Source: a virus
Taxonomy: Duplodnaviria > Caudoviricetes
DNA: 64,000 nt
Direction: 5' to 3' (one strand)
IMG/VR virus record: IMGVR_UViG_2934336660_000001
Coordinates: 38,900-102,899 of that record
Positions 18,105-27,476 of this stretch are shown one piece after another. The first letter of the stretch is position 1. The number at the start of each line of letters is the position of its first letter. The notes under the pieces were generated by a model. The model did no database searches. It was given only the letters and a program-made list of their open reading frames with translations, and was not told where the DNA came from. Both the position numbers and the translations under genes were made by a program.

Positions 18105-18557
18105 TCAGAGGGCGTTGCGGGGTTTGGGAGAGCCGCGTCGTACCCGCACCACGCGGGGAATGAGCGCCCGCTTGTCGTCGGGGTCCGCCTTGTGCAACCG
18201 CATGGCGGTGGTCACCGCGCACTCGGCGGGGGTGACCGGCCAGTAAATCCACTGGGCGCGCGGGTTGTTCCGGTCGGCATCTTTCGACTGGCACACCGAC
18301 GCCGGGCCACCGCAGTGCGGGCACAGGTCGTTCTCGTATTCGGCGAGGGCCAGCATCCAACCGCGTTGTTCCTCATCCCACGCCGACTCCACCCACTCGG
18401 TGGAGCGCACCACCCTGCCGTCGCCGTCGTGCTCATACTCGGTGACCCGGTCAGGCGTCCAGCCGTCGAACTCGCGCAGGCTCAGCCCAAGCCGCCTCGC
18501 AGCATCAACCCTCGCTAGGAGGCTCGGATCAGCTGTGAGACGGCGAACGAGTTTGGG
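18105..18557 (-). CDS. tail assembly chaperone, -1 frameshift extension (gpT-like)
   Basis: The -1 frame is open from the slippery site to the stop at 18105 (KLVRRLTADPSLL..WDEEQRGWMLAL..CPHCG). Confidence 0.75.
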   Translation of the reverse strand, partial: PKLVRRLTADPSLLARVDAARRLGLSLREFDGWTPDRVTEYEHDGDGRVVRSTEWVESAWDEEQRGWMLALAEYENDLCPHCGGPASVCQSKDADRNNPRAQWIYWPVTPAECAVTTAMRLHKADPDDKRALIPRVVRVRRGSPKPRNAL

Positions 18558-19129
18558 ACGTCAACCTTGCGGATACACAGGTGGAGGGCGGTGTTCTGAA
18601 GTTGGGCGAACTGCCACTCCGTGAGTTTGCCGTCTTCCACCGGCTCGCCGGCCTTCTCCAGCCGTGCCCGCTCATCGTCGTTGTCGCCCAGCAGTTCCCG
18701 CCACGTGTCGTCGTCGAGGTCGTCGGGACTGTACGTGCACGACCGAATGAGGGCTTCCATGAACGCCTCAACGTTGTAGCCGAGCTTCGCGTCTTCCTCG
18801 TTGTCTTTGCGCGGCGGGTGCTGCTTGAGCAGGGCGTCCCACGCCTTGCGGTGCAAGGCGCGCATCCGGAACACGATGGTGTCGGCGCGCATCTGGTCCT
18901 GCACGGCGGTGATCTGCGCACCGATCTCGCGGGCACGGTGGTCCCCGGCGAGCCGCTTGTCCTTCGCCGCCGCAGCCTCAGCGTCAGCCAACTGGCGGTG
19001 GAGGTCTTCCCACTCGGCTTGCAGGTCACCACGCAAGCAGATGTCAACGGTGCGCTCCGGCAGCGCCGCCGACTTGAGGCGGTCCTTCGTGCTCAGCCGG
19101 CCAGGTTCGGCAGCGGTGGCATCCGTCAT
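18515..19129 (-). CDS. tail assembly chaperone (gpG-like)
   Basis: Position; 'WDALLKQHPPR'; slippery site at the 3' end. Confidence 0.8.
   Translation of the reverse strand: MTDATAAEPGRLSTKDRLKSAALPERTVDICLRGDLQAEWEDLHRQLADAEAAAAKDKRLAGDHRAREIGAQITAVQDQMRADTIVFRMRALHRKAWDALLKQHPPRKDNEEDAKLGYNVEAFMEALIRSCTYSPDDLDDDTWRELLGDNDDERARLEKAGEPVEDGKLTEWQFAQLQNTALHLCIRKVDVPNSFAVSQLIRAS
18551..18557 (-). other. programmed -1 frameshift heptamer C CCA AAC
   Basis: X XXY YYZ in the correct phase near the end of the chaperone gene. Confidence 0.75.
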
Positions 19130-19335
19130 GACAGCGCCTCCACAACCCGCACCACCGCGTCGGGCAGTTCGATCCGCGCGGACTCGGGCAGAAGCACCAG
19201 TTCCAGCACAGGCCGGTCGCGCTCCCACGTGAGCCGCAGGGCATCTGCCTTCACAGCGGCGGAGATGTCTACGCCGTCAACGGTCAGGTGGTACTCACCA
19301 TGGGCGTCACCGGGTGCAATCACAACTTTCGACAT
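19126..19335 (-). CDS. small hypothetical protein
   Basis: MSKVVIAPG..LTVDGVDIS; ATGA-coupled. Confidence 0.6.
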   Translation of the reverse strand: MSKVVIAPGDAHGEYHLTVDGVDISAAVKADALRLTWERDRPVLELVLLPESARIELPDAVVRVVEALS

Positions 19336-19373
19336 AGTCAGCCCTTTCGTATCAGCCCTTGGACACGGTTGAA

Positions 19374-19411
19374 GGCGGTGTGGGCTAAGGGCTGAGGAAG
19401 CCCACACCGCC
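19374..19411 (-). terminator. hairpin after the major tail gene
   Basis: 13-bp perfect stem GGCGGTGTGGGCT/AGCCCACACCGCC. Confidence 0.65.
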
Positions 19412-19431
19412 AGATCAGGGGAGTGCGAGGG

Positions 19432-19932
19432 CTAGGCGACGACCACGGCGTCCTGCACGACCGGGCCGGTGATGAAGGGCTTCTGCGTCACCGTCAACAC
19501 GCTGTTCGCGGTGCCAGGCTGCTTACGCCGCCAACCCATCTTCGCCGGGTACACATCCACGATGTCGCCGGCCGTGACCGCCTGGTCGTAGGGGACGCCG
19601 ATGCGGGCCACCCAATAGCCGGTGGTCAGCCGAGTCAACGCCAAGTACAACTCGTTGTCGGCAGGCGAGTCTGGGTTGTGGACGTACGACACGTTCAGGC
19701 TGTGCTGAAGGCGGCCTGGCTGCTCGTACGTGGACGTGGAACACAGCCGCTCATCGGTGACGGTCTGCTCATCCGTTTCCGGGGTCCACCCCTCGGCGGT
19801 CAGGTAGCACGACGCGTCGATCACTGACGGGGCGGTGAGTTCGGCGACGGTGGGGTTTTCGGGGTCGGCGAGTGCAGGCACCCACCAGACGGCCTGGTTA
19901 CCATCGGCGGGCACCGAATTGGGCATCGTCAC
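19432..19932 (-). CDS. major tail (tube) protein
   Basis: ADG..VWWVPALADPENPTVAEL..SCYLT..GW..RLCS..PGR, typical of actinophage tail tube proteins. Confidence 0.85.
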   Translation of the reverse strand: MTMPNSVPADGNQAVWWVPALADPENPTVAELTAPSVIDASCYLTAEGWTPETDEQTVTDERLCSTSTYEQPGRLQHSLNVSYVHNPDSPADNELYLALTRLTTGYWVARIGVPYDQAVTAGDIVDVYPAKMGWRRKQPGTANSVLTVTQKPFITGPVVQDAVVVA

Positions 19933-19938
19933 TGTGGG

Positions 19939-20322
19939 TTACCTTCCTTCGCTCGCTGTGTCAGCCGGCGCGTCTGTCGAGGTGTTGGCCTTGCTGCGGC
20001 GGGTACGCCCGCCGTCAGTCGGGGTGTTCGGGTCGCCCGGAGCCGCGGCGTCCGAGGACTGCCGCTGCCCATCACCGCGGGGGATGAACTCCTCACCGCC
20101 CGAAGCGGGTTCGGTCACCACCGAGCGGGCGGGGGTGGCTGACCGCCCGTCTTTACCGACGAACGGCTTCGCCGGGCGGGGCACCGCGCGGGTGCCTTCC
20201 AGATCCGGCCACCGGTCGGGGTCGTTCACCGGCTCCACACCGCGCCGGTGCTCCAACGCACGGGCATCCAGGTCGAAAAGGTGCCCGGTTTGGGTGTCAC
20301 GCACCCTGATCCACTTCGGCAT
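19939..20322 (-). CDS. hypothetical virion-module protein
   Basis: WIRVRDTQTGH motif; operon position. Confidence 0.65.
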   Translation of the reverse strand: MPKWIRVRDTQTGHLFDLDARALEHRRGVEPVNDPDRWPDLEGTRAVPRPAKPFVGKDGRSATPARSVVTEPASGGEEFIPRGDGQRQSSDAAAPGDPNTPTDGGRTRRSKANTSTDAPADTASEGR

Positions 20323-20331
20323 GACGTCCCC

Positions 20332-20652
20332 TTACCGCTTCACGACAATGCGAGTGACCGTGGTCGTTGAGGACCACGTGATGTGCGCCAACCGGTCCGA
20401 CGGGTCCCGGTACACATCCAGCAGCGGAATCTCCCACAACTGCCCGGCCGGAATGCTGAACACCTTGTCCGGTGCGGCCACCCCGTATGACGTGTTGCCG
20501 GGCACAGCGATGGTGCAGGTGATGGGCGAACCGGAGCCGTTGTTGACGAGCAGCGAATACCCGCCGCACTTCGCGGTGTCATTCGCCGCAGCGGGGAGGA
20601 GCGCCAGGTTGACGCCTTCGAAGGAGGCGGTGCGTACGGGAATCTCAGCCAT
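20332..20652 (-). CDS. hypothetical structural protein (beta-rich)
   Basis: LLVNNGSGSPITCTI; operon position. Confidence 0.65.
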   Translation of the reverse strand: MAEIPVRTASFEGVNLALLPAAANDTAKCGGYSLLVNNGSGSPITCTIAVPGNTSYGVAAPDKVFSIPAGQLWEIPLLDVYRDPSDRLAHITWSSTTTVTRIVVKR

Positions 20653-21091
20653 CAGGGCTCCGGGATGAGTTCAAGGTGAATAGGGCGAACGTGAAGTACG
20701 GCGGATGACCGTCGGGGGTGCGGGCCTGCTCATCCCGCTGTGGCTGTGGTGGCCCGGCGGCTTCCGGCTGCTGGGTGATGACCGAGCAGTTGCGGCCGGG
20801 AATGGTGGGCCGACGGCGGTGCAGCAGCGCGGATGCCCGATCGAGGGCGGTAATCGCCTCACGCGGGTCACGGCCCACCGCCGTGATCTGGGTGGTGGTG
20901 GCTGTCTCACCGCCGTACCCGTTGAGGGTGATCGTGGGGCGCATTGCGGGTGGCGGCCACAGGATCAGGTGCGGGTACTCAAGCGGCCCATCAACCTCGT
21001 CGACCTGGCCGATGAACACGCGGTAGGGAAGGGGTTCGAGGAGGTCCGCCAAACCTTGGGCGTGCGCCCACCCGACGTCGGTGTCAGCCAT
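20645..21091 (-). CDS. tail terminator-like protein
   Basis: Position after the HK97 gp10-like gene. Confidence 0.6.
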   Translation of the reverse strand: MADTDVGWAHAQGLADLLEPLPYRVFIGQVDEVDGPLEYPHLILWPPPAMRPTITLNGYGGETATTTQITAVGRDPREAITALDRASALLHRRRPTIPGRNCSVITQQPEAAGPPQPQRDEQARTPDGHPPYFTFALFTLNSSRSPDG

Positions 21092-21437
21092 CCAGAACCT
21101 GCCCACCCAAGGCTTCGGCGGCGGCGTAGAACATGGGTTCCACCACGTCGGCGGCCTGATCCATGAACGGCTGCGGGGCCTGACGGCTTGTACCGTTATG
21201 CACCCAATGGTCATACGAGACGTTAGGCCCGGTCTCTCCAGAGATCACGTCGGAGCCTGGGCCGCCGTTGAAGTCCGAGGTGATCGACGACCGCAGCAGG
21301 CCAGTGAGCACTGGGGCGCGGGCCTTACCGATCTGCTCTGTTCGCAACGTGGACGACCGCACCAGCCCGTGCACATTCCGGCCCAGTTCCACCCCGGCGC
21401 CGTCCATGTCGTCGGCAAGCCGGTCAAAGTCGTCCAC
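21084..21437 (-). CDS. HK97 gp10-family head-tail protein
   Basis: APVLTGLLRSSI..GP..Y..GTSRQAPQPFM. Confidence 0.85.
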   Translation of the reverse strand: MDDFDRLADDMDGAGVELGRNVHGLVRSSTLRTEQIGKARAPVLTGLLRSSITSDFNGGPGSDVISGETGPNVSYDHWVHNGTSRQAPQPFMDQAADVVEPMFYAAAEALGGQVLDG

Positions 21438-21450
21438 CAGCGCACCCCCT

Positions 21451-21885
21451 CTATCGGGTGGTGGGCTGCCTCAACTGGCAGACGAGGTCCCGCTGCCACG
21501 AGATTGACGACCCCGACACGGCGACCACCGTCAAGGTTCGGGGCGGCTCCAACAGGTCAGGGTTCGTGGCGGTCGCGGTGAGCGTCACCAGGTCGTTGGT
21601 TTGGTACACGACCGCGCCGACGGGCAGGGTGATGCGCACATCAGCCAATGGGGTGGTGGTGTCCGCGACCACCGGTTGCCCGGCCGCCGACAGGTACTGG
21701 TAGCGGCACGGCCCCTCATACAGCAGTTCAGGCGGCGGGTACGTGTTCTTACCCGCTGCATCGTCCCACACCGCCTGCTGCGCCGGGCGTTCCACCCGGC
21801 ACTCGGCGGTGGCCTGTTTGTCGGCGACCGGGCGGTGGTGTTGCTCGAACCGGGGATGGATCAGGTGGGTGTTCGGCAGCGGCAT
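21451..21885 (-). CDS. head-closure (stopper) protein
   Basis: 'LYEGPCR..LP..D.V' pattern; position. Confidence 0.7.
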   Translation of the reverse strand: MPLPNTHLIHPRFEQHHRPVADKQATAECRVERPAQQAVWDDAAGKNTYPPPELLYEGPCRYQYLSAAGQPVVADTTTPLADVRITLPVGAVVYQTNDLVTLTATATNPDLLEPPRTLTVVAVSGSSISWQRDLVCQLRQPTTR

Positions 21886-21889
21886 CCGG

Positions 21890-22258
21890 TCACCACCAGA
21901 CCCGGTACGCGGCATGCGGGTCGAAGTCGACGACCGAGATGGCCCACGCCTCCGCCCCGCCCACCACATCGTCAACGTCCTGCCGTGCCTGATCCCGCAA
22001 CGCTTTCGCCTGCGCCCGCAGTTCGGCGGCCACCGCAGGGCCGTCGGTGCTGAGGTCCTGCGTGGTGATCTTCTTCGATACCAGCAGTTCGGAGCGGGAG
22101 ATTGTTTCCAGCGCCGCCGCAGCGGCCCGCTTCACCCCACCCTCCAAGGCGAGGAACGCCAGGATCTCATCGTCGGTGAACAGCGGGTCAGCATCGCTCA
22201 CGTCGGTAATAAGTAGCCGCACCATGCCCACATTGGTGGTGGGGTCAGTCGTGATCAC
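21890..22258 (-). CDS. head-tail adaptor
   Basis: VRLLITD..LFTDDEI..AAA.AL. Confidence 0.75.
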   Translation of the reverse strand: MITTDPTTNVGMVRLLITDVSDADPLFTDDEILAFLALEGGVKRAAAAALETISRSELLVSKKITTQDLSTDGPAVAAELRAQAKALRDQARQDVDDVVGGAEAWAISVVDFDPHAAYRVWW

Positions 22259-22282
22259 ACCGCCCCCAGGTCAGACGCAGGG

Positions 22283-22753
22283 TCAGCCGTCGGCGTCGAT
22301 GACCTTCGCGGCCACACAGGCGGCAATGATGTCGTTGCGGCCCGCATCGGGGGCGTAGGCGACCTTGGCGAGGTTCGCGAACGCCTGCCACGCATCAAGG
22401 CCGGAACCCTTGCCGTGACGCGGCGGTGGCGGGGGCAGCGACGGCCGGGCGCCCGGTGCTGGTTCGCTCACCTCAACCGGGTCATCGTCGGTGTCGTCCT
22501 CGTCCGCCGCAGGTGGTTCGTCGGCGGCCGGCTCAGACACCGGTGTGACCTCATGCTGAGGCCAACGCTCCGGTGCGGGTTCGCTGATCCGGACAGGCCC
22601 GCCCGGCGCCGGCTCCCCACCGTCCGCCGAAGCGGGGGCGGGAAGCCGGGCGTCAAGCAGGTCGTACAGATCCGAAACGGCGTCGACCAGTGCGGACAAC
22701 CATGGGCCGTCCGTGCCGAACGGTGTGCCCAGATTCGGTCGGACACGGCCCAT
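22283..22753 (-). CDS. hypothetical protein (Pro/Asp-rich, C-terminal helical domain)
   Basis: Directly after the capsid gene; 'WQAFA..RNDIIA' tail. Confidence 0.6.
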   Translation of the reverse strand: MGRVRPNLGTPFGTDGPWLSALVDAVSDLYDLLDARLPAPASADGGEPAPGGPVRISEPAPERWPQHEVTPVSEPAADEPPAADEDDTDDDPVEVSEPAPGARPSLPPPPPRHGKGSGLDAWQAFANLAKVAYAPDAGRNDIIAACVAAKVIDADG

Positions 22754-22755
22754 GA

Positions 22756-23994
22756 TCAGGCGCCCGTACCGTTCGACACCACAGCCGACTTCGGGTCCAT
22801 AAGCGTTCCGCCCAGAACCATGCGAACCCGGTACTGAATGGCGTCGTGCTCGAAGTCGCCCTCCTCCGGGGCAACCGGCCCGCCGCCGACGCGCATCGCG
22901 TTCGGCGACTTCACCCACAGCTCCGGGGTTTCGTGGCCGATGAGGAAGCCCAACTCCATGGCGGGGCGCCCAACGGTCGGGTTCGCGAACACGTACCAGG
23001 CGGTGTTGCCGTTGGTGGTGTTCACGATCGGCAGCCACGGGTTCACCACGACGGACACCCGGTTGCGCATCCAGTTCGCGACCCGAAGCTGATCGTTGCC
23101 GGTGCCCGGGCCGCCGCCGGTCGCGGCAAGGATCTCGGTGGCGTTGACGATGTTGTTCGCCGCGACCTCCAACGCCGGAGGCACCACGAGGGTGACACCT
23201 TCGACGTAGATGGGGCCACCGTCGGAGTCCTTCTGCTGGCCGAGGGTCTGCATGGCGTACTGAAGGCCCTGAACGGTCAGCGCCGGGTTGGTGGGGGTGC
23301 CCGCACCGGTGACCGTGGCGTTGACCTGGTTGCGGTTCGCGTTGGAGAAGAAGGTGCTGTTGGGGCCGCCGGAGCCGGAGAACAACTGCGCGGCGAACTT
23401 CTCCTCGGTGCGGCGGGCGGCGTTGCCGAGTCGGGTCGGCAGTTCGGTGAGGGCGTCCAGGTCGTCGTTGACCATGGTCTCCCACGAAACGGCGATCTGG
23501 TCGCCGTACTTCGCCACCGCGTACTCGTAGGCGGCGTCGGTGACGGACCGCACCTTGTACGGGGCGAGTTCCTTCACCTGGTTCAGGACACCCTCACCGC
23601 CGTCCAGCGTGAAGCGCTTCACGGTACGGAAGTCCCGAACCCGGCCCCGCTTGGCGTACGACGGCCACTGCACCGGGCGGGTCTGGTACGCGGCGAGGAG
23701 CTGCCGGTCGATGATGTCACCGAACAGGTTGGTGAAGTCCGCCCGGGACATGGCCTCCTGGAAGGCGACGGTGGCCCGGCGGTCACCTTCGATGGTGCCC
23801 CGGTACAGGCGGGTGAGGTGCAGCAGGTTCCGCTTGTACTGGGCGGATTCCTGGCGGCGCTGCCGGCGGTTGCCGGTGAGCAGGGTGCCGTCGCCGCCGA
23901 AGATGTTGTTGGTGGCGGCACCCTCGGTGCCGGCCTGGAAGGTTTCGAGCTGGCCCAGCGTGCCAAGACCAGCGTCGAGCATGGAAGTCGTCAT
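22756..23994 (-). CDS. major capsid protein (Mu gpT-like, HK97 fold)
   Basis: RDFR..L..V.E..Y..KYG..SWE..NDDL..LG.AARRTE..LVVPPALE. Confidence 0.9.
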   Translation of the reverse strand: MTTSMLDAGLGTLGQLETFQAGTEGAATNNIFGGDGTLLTGNRRQRRQESAQYKRNLLHLTRLYRGTIEGDRRATVAFQEAMSRADFTNLFGDIIDRQLLAAYQTRPVQWPSYAKRGRVRDFRTVKRFTLDGGEGVLNQVKELAPYKVRSVTDAAYEYAVAKYGDQIAVSWETMVNDDLDALTELPTRLGNAARRTEEKFAAQLFSGSGGPNSTFFSNANRNQVNATVTGAGTPTNPALTVQGLQYAMQTLGQQKDSDGGPIYVEGVTLVVPPALEVAANNIVNATEILAATGGGPGTGNDQLRVANWMRNRVSVVVNPWLPIVNTTNGNTAWYVFANPTVGRPAMELGFLIGHETPELWVKSPNAMRVGGGPVAPEEGDFEHDAIQYRVRMVLGGTLMDPKSAVVSNGTGA

Positions 23995-24008
23995 GTTCGG
24001 CGGGTCTC

Positions 24009-24365
24009 CTAGTAGCCGACGCGGACAGGGATGGTGGCGGTGGCGCCGGATGCGACGGCGGCCATGGCGTAGCCGAAGCGGACGCCGTTTGTGTTGTCCT
24101 TGTTGATCTTGTGGGGGGTGGCGGCGGTGTCGTAGTAGACGATGTCGCCCGCCGCGATGGCCGCGTCCGTGGTCGTCTCGCCCTTCACGGATAGGTCGAA
24201 CGTGCCGTCGAGGGCGCAGGTGGTCACACCGTTGGAGTCCTCGTTGGTGAGGGCCACACCGGGGATCTGCCCGCAGATGACCGGGTCACCCGACTGGGGG
24301 GTGGCTGGCGCCGTGCAGACCAGCGGCGCGCTCTCGGTCCACATGTACACGGTGTTCTTCGCCAT
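24009..24365 (-). CDS. capsid cement/decoration protein (DUF2190-like)
   Basis: MAKN..SGDPV..GVA..G.F..AGD.VY..FGYA. Confidence 0.8.
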   Translation of the reverse strand: MAKNTVYMWTESAPLVCTAPATPQSGDPVICGQIPGVALTNEDSNGVTTCALDGTFDLSVKGETTTDAAIAAGDIVYYDTAATPHKINKDNTNGVRFGYAMAAVASGATATIPVRVGY

Positions 24366-24367
24366 GA

Positions 24368-25987
24368 TCAGCCACGGCCCTTCGACGCGATCGACGCCTG
24401 AGCCTCGGTTAGACCCAGGGTGGTGAAGAAGTCGTTCATCTCCTTCTCGAAGCCGTCGTCCTGCGGCGACTCCTGCCGGGCGGTGCCCAGCCCGTACGGC
24501 TGGCCCACACCGGCGGCCTCCAACGCCTCAGCGCGAGCACCCCGCACGTAGGTCGCCTCATCGGCGATGACCGTGGTGATCGTTGCGGTCAGCGCCGTCT
24601 CATCCACCACACCCTCAGCGGTCGTCGGCACCTGGCCGAGGACCCGCGAGGTGACCCGGGGGGTAATCTGCGCGACCACGTCGGCGTGCTCCGGGGCACG
24701 CAACGCGACAGTGACCGCCTCGTTGGCGCGCTCACGGTTACGCAGCGACCGGTTCTCCGACTCGCGGGCCGTGTTCGCGGCCTGCACAGCGGTCAGGGCG
24801 GCCTGCATCTGGGCGAGCTGAGCGGTGACCGCCTCCAAAGCCGCAGTCGTCTGCGCGTTCGGCGCGGACTCGGCGGCCGGAGCAGTCACGGGGGCGGTGT
24901 CGACGACCGGTGCCGTCCCCGCCTCAACCGGCGCGGTGCCGGTCGTGGTTCCCGACATAGCGGGCTCCTTATCAATGGGTGGGTTGGGTGCGGTCGGCGG
25001 GGCGCCGTCCGTCACGGTGTGGGGGGCCGCCGGAACGGCCTCGGGGGTGGGGGACGGCACGGTGCCGGGCGCACCCGGGTTGGGGTTGGCCTCAGCAGCC
25101 GGCGCCGTCTCGGGCTGCGGCGGCTCCTCCCACAGGTCCCGCTGGAACAGTTGCGGGGCGTCTTGCTCGACGCGGGCAACCCACGCCTGCAACGCGTCCC
25201 GGATCGCAGCCGACAGTGCGGTGCGTTCCTCACGGGTGAGCCGGCCGTCGCCGTACAGTTCGTCGCCGATCTCGGTGAGCCGCAGGTGCAGCCGCGATTC
25301 CAACCATTGGCCGACGTTGCGGGCCTCAGTGGCGGGAACGGTGTTGCCGACGGATTCGAGGACGGACACGATGCCACCCCCGGCCGCTGGTTTGGTGACG
25401 AAGTCAACGGAGCGGCCTTCGGGGATCGACTGGACGATGAAGCCTTCACGGCCGTCCTGTTCGCCGTGCTCGCCGGTCACCCACGCGCGAATGGACATGC
25501 CGATCGTGTCGGCCATGTCGGTGATCGTCTCCCGCCATGGGGCGAACAGGCGGGCCTCTGCGATCAGCGCCTGCTCCGCCTCGTCCCAGCGGGCGGCGGA
25601 CGTGGTGACGGCGGCGAGGTTGCGAATGCTGCCGGAAGGGCGGGCGGCGTCTTCCTCATCGGTGGCGTGGTCAACGTAGCAAAGCGTGCCGGCGGGCCAG
25701 GCAGCCGGGCCGTCACGGCGCAGCACCTCGGCGGGATACAGGTTTCCGTTCAAACTCCAGCCACTGCGAATCAGCCGAATGGCGAGGCGTCCGGGCTGGG
25801 TAATGGTGGCGCCGGAGGTGTCGGCTTCACGAACGGTGACCCGCTCGACCGGCTTGGCCTCGGTCAGGGCTTCGACTGCGGGTGCCGATTCGGCAACAGC
25901 CGCGCGGGCGGTGAGTTCGGTGATGAACGCGTCCTTCGAGTAGCCGGATGGTCCGGTAACCCGCACGGTCATGGTGCGGTCGGACAT
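24368..25987 (-). CDS. prohead protease/scaffold fusion
   Basis: IRSGWS.NG..YP..YVDH..IGMSI..SVDFVTKPAAGG; low-complexity coiled C-terminus. Confidence 0.8.
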   Translation of the reverse strand: MSDRTMTVRVTGPSGYSKDAFITELTARAAVAESAPAVEALTEAKPVERVTVREADTSGATITQPGRLAIRLIRSGWSLNGNLYPAEVLRRDGPAAWPAGTLCYVDHATDEEDAARPSGSIRNLAAVTTSAARWDEAEQALIAEARLFAPWRETITDMADTIGMSIRAWVTGEHGEQDGREGFIVQSIPEGRSVDFVTKPAAGGGIVSVLESVGNTVPATEARNVGQWLESRLHLRLTEIGDELYGDGRLTREERTALSAAIRDALQAWVARVEQDAPQLFQRDLWEEPPQPETAPAAEANPNPGAPGTVPSPTPEAVPAAPHTVTDGAPPTAPNPPIDKEPAMSGTTTGTAPVEAGTAPVVDTAPVTAPAAESAPNAQTTAALEAVTAQLAQMQAALTAVQAANTARESENRSLRNRERANEAVTVALRAPEHADVVAQITPRVTSRVLGQVPTTAEGVVDETALTATITTVIADEATYVRGARAEALEAAGVGQPYGLGTARQESPQDDGFEKEMNDFFTTLGLTEAQASIASKGRG

Positions 25988-26008
25988 GGGGGATCGCCTC
26001 CCAGGTGG

Positions 26009-27097
26009 TTAGCGCCGCTGGTCGGCGATGCGGTTGAGGTCCCGCAAGGGTCGGGGCACGATGGAGGTGCGCCAGGCCGGGTTGTCACGGCTCACCGCCA
26101 AGTCAGCCCAGCCGATGCGCCCGGCACGCAGCAGGGCCAGCCGGGCGGCACCGAGGACAGCGGTTTGCTGCTCGTCGGTGAGCGCGTCGAATGATGCTTG
26201 CCGGTCGGGAATGCTGTCGTCGGGTTCGTCCAGGTCAATACCGAGCGCCCGCCACGGCTTCACGTGGGGTGCTCGTGCGCACCGGCCCTGCTGGTGGTCG
26301 AGAGGGCCCGCCTCGTCAAGGTCGTGAACGGTGCCGTGCATTGACCAGCAGGACGGGCATGTGTTGACCGCGCCCCGCCCTTCGACGGTGGCCAGCCACA
26401 CCCACCCGTCAAGCAGGTCAGCGTTGGCGTTGTCGGCGTACCGGGCGGCGGTGCGGTAGGCGTCCAACACCTCCGTGCGGGCTACCACAACAGCCCGCTG
26501 CAACCCACCCTCGAACGCCCCGTTCACCGCGGCGACAGCACGGCGGGCAATCTCCGTGGGGTTGTTGCCAAGCTCAACCCCACGCACCAGTTCACGACGT
26601 ATAGCCGCCGACGCGTCCGCTGACAGTGGCCGGGTTTGCGCGGTGATCGCTTGGATGACGCGGGTCTTGATCGCGTCCAACGCCGACGGGAGAATCCGCT
26701 CAGTGACACGTTCGCGGGTGTCGTCTTGGTAGGCGGCCGGCAGTTGGGAGGCGATCACGTCAGGTTCGGCGCCGGCCGTGGCGACAATGGCTTGGGCAGC
26801 GGCAGTGGCCACCGTGCTGGTGGTGGCATCGCCCAATTCGTTGAGGGCGTCATCGGTGTCGGCGAGCACCTGTTGCACCGGTCCCATGCGGGCCAGTTCG
26901 ACGGGGGTTGGCCAGCGGCCTTGCGCCACAGCCCACGCCACTAGTAGGTCGACGGCGGTCTGCCAGGTGGGGGCGAGCCGGTCCCACGCCGCAACCCATT
27001 GGGCTGTCAGGTCACGAACGGCGTTGTCAGCAAGCCCGCCCACGGTGGCACGCATGGCGCGGATGAGTCGGAGGGTGCGAGAGGTGACAGCCACCAC
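26009..27097 (-). CDS. MuF/SPP1 gp7-like head morphogenesis protein
   Basis: ARTE..W.W..TCPSC..HG..HQQGRC. Confidence 0.85.
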   Translation of the reverse strand: MVAVTSRTLRLIRAMRATVGGLADNAVRDLTAQWVAAWDRLAPTWQTAVDLLVAWAVAQGRWPTPVELARMGPVQQVLADTDDALNELGDATTSTVATAAAQAIVATAGAEPDVIASQLPAAYQDDTRERVTERILPSALDAIKTRVIQAITAQTRPLSADASAAIRRELVRGVELGNNPTEIARRAVAAVNGAFEGGLQRAVVVARTEVLDAYRTAARYADNANADLLDGWVWLATVEGRGAVNTCPSCWSMHGTVHDLDEAGPLDHQQGRCARAPHVKPWRALGIDLDEPDDSIPDRQASFDALTDEQQTAVLGAARLALLRAGRIGWADLAVSRDNPAWRTSIVPRPLRDLNRIADQRR

Positions 27098-27142
27098 CCA
27101 CCCCCGGACGCTGAGTCAAGGGAACACTGTGGAAGCGGGCTG

Positions 27143-27382
27143 CTACTGATCGACCAGCCGAAACGGTGACCCCGCGCGCAGAAGCTCGGCAAGCTGGATC
27201 TTCGTTCGAATAGGGCGGCCTACGACCCGGCCAGCCCTGTCGCAGTGGACGGCAATGACGTAGGCGGCCTTCTCGCCCTTGGCGGGCACCACCTGCAACA
27301 CCTTGAGGTGCCGGCCGTTGCCTCTTGTGTCAGTGTCTGCCCAGACCTGCCCCTTGGCTGCCTGGCTGAAGTGGCTGGCCAT
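27143..27382 (-). CDS. small SH3-like hypothetical protein (possible moron)
   Basis: GQVWADTD.R..GRHLKV; CAGACT 6 nt before the ATG; follows a terminator. Confidence 0.6.
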   Translation of the reverse strand: MASHFSQAAKGQVWADTDTRGNGRHLKVLQVVPAKGEKAAYVIAVHCDRAGRVVGRPIRTKIQLAELLRAGSPFRLVDQ

Positions 27383-27423
27383 GCAGAGAGTCTGCCATCC
27401 GGGACGCAGGTTGCTCGGCGTTG

Positions 27424-27462
27424 GTGCCGGGGCGGCCGGACCGTAACCGGCCACCCCGACAC
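27424..27462 (-). terminator. hairpin
   Basis: GTGCCGGGGCGGCCGG / CCGGCCACCCCGACAC. Confidence 0.5.
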
Positions 27463-27476
27463 GGCTAGTGCGAGGC

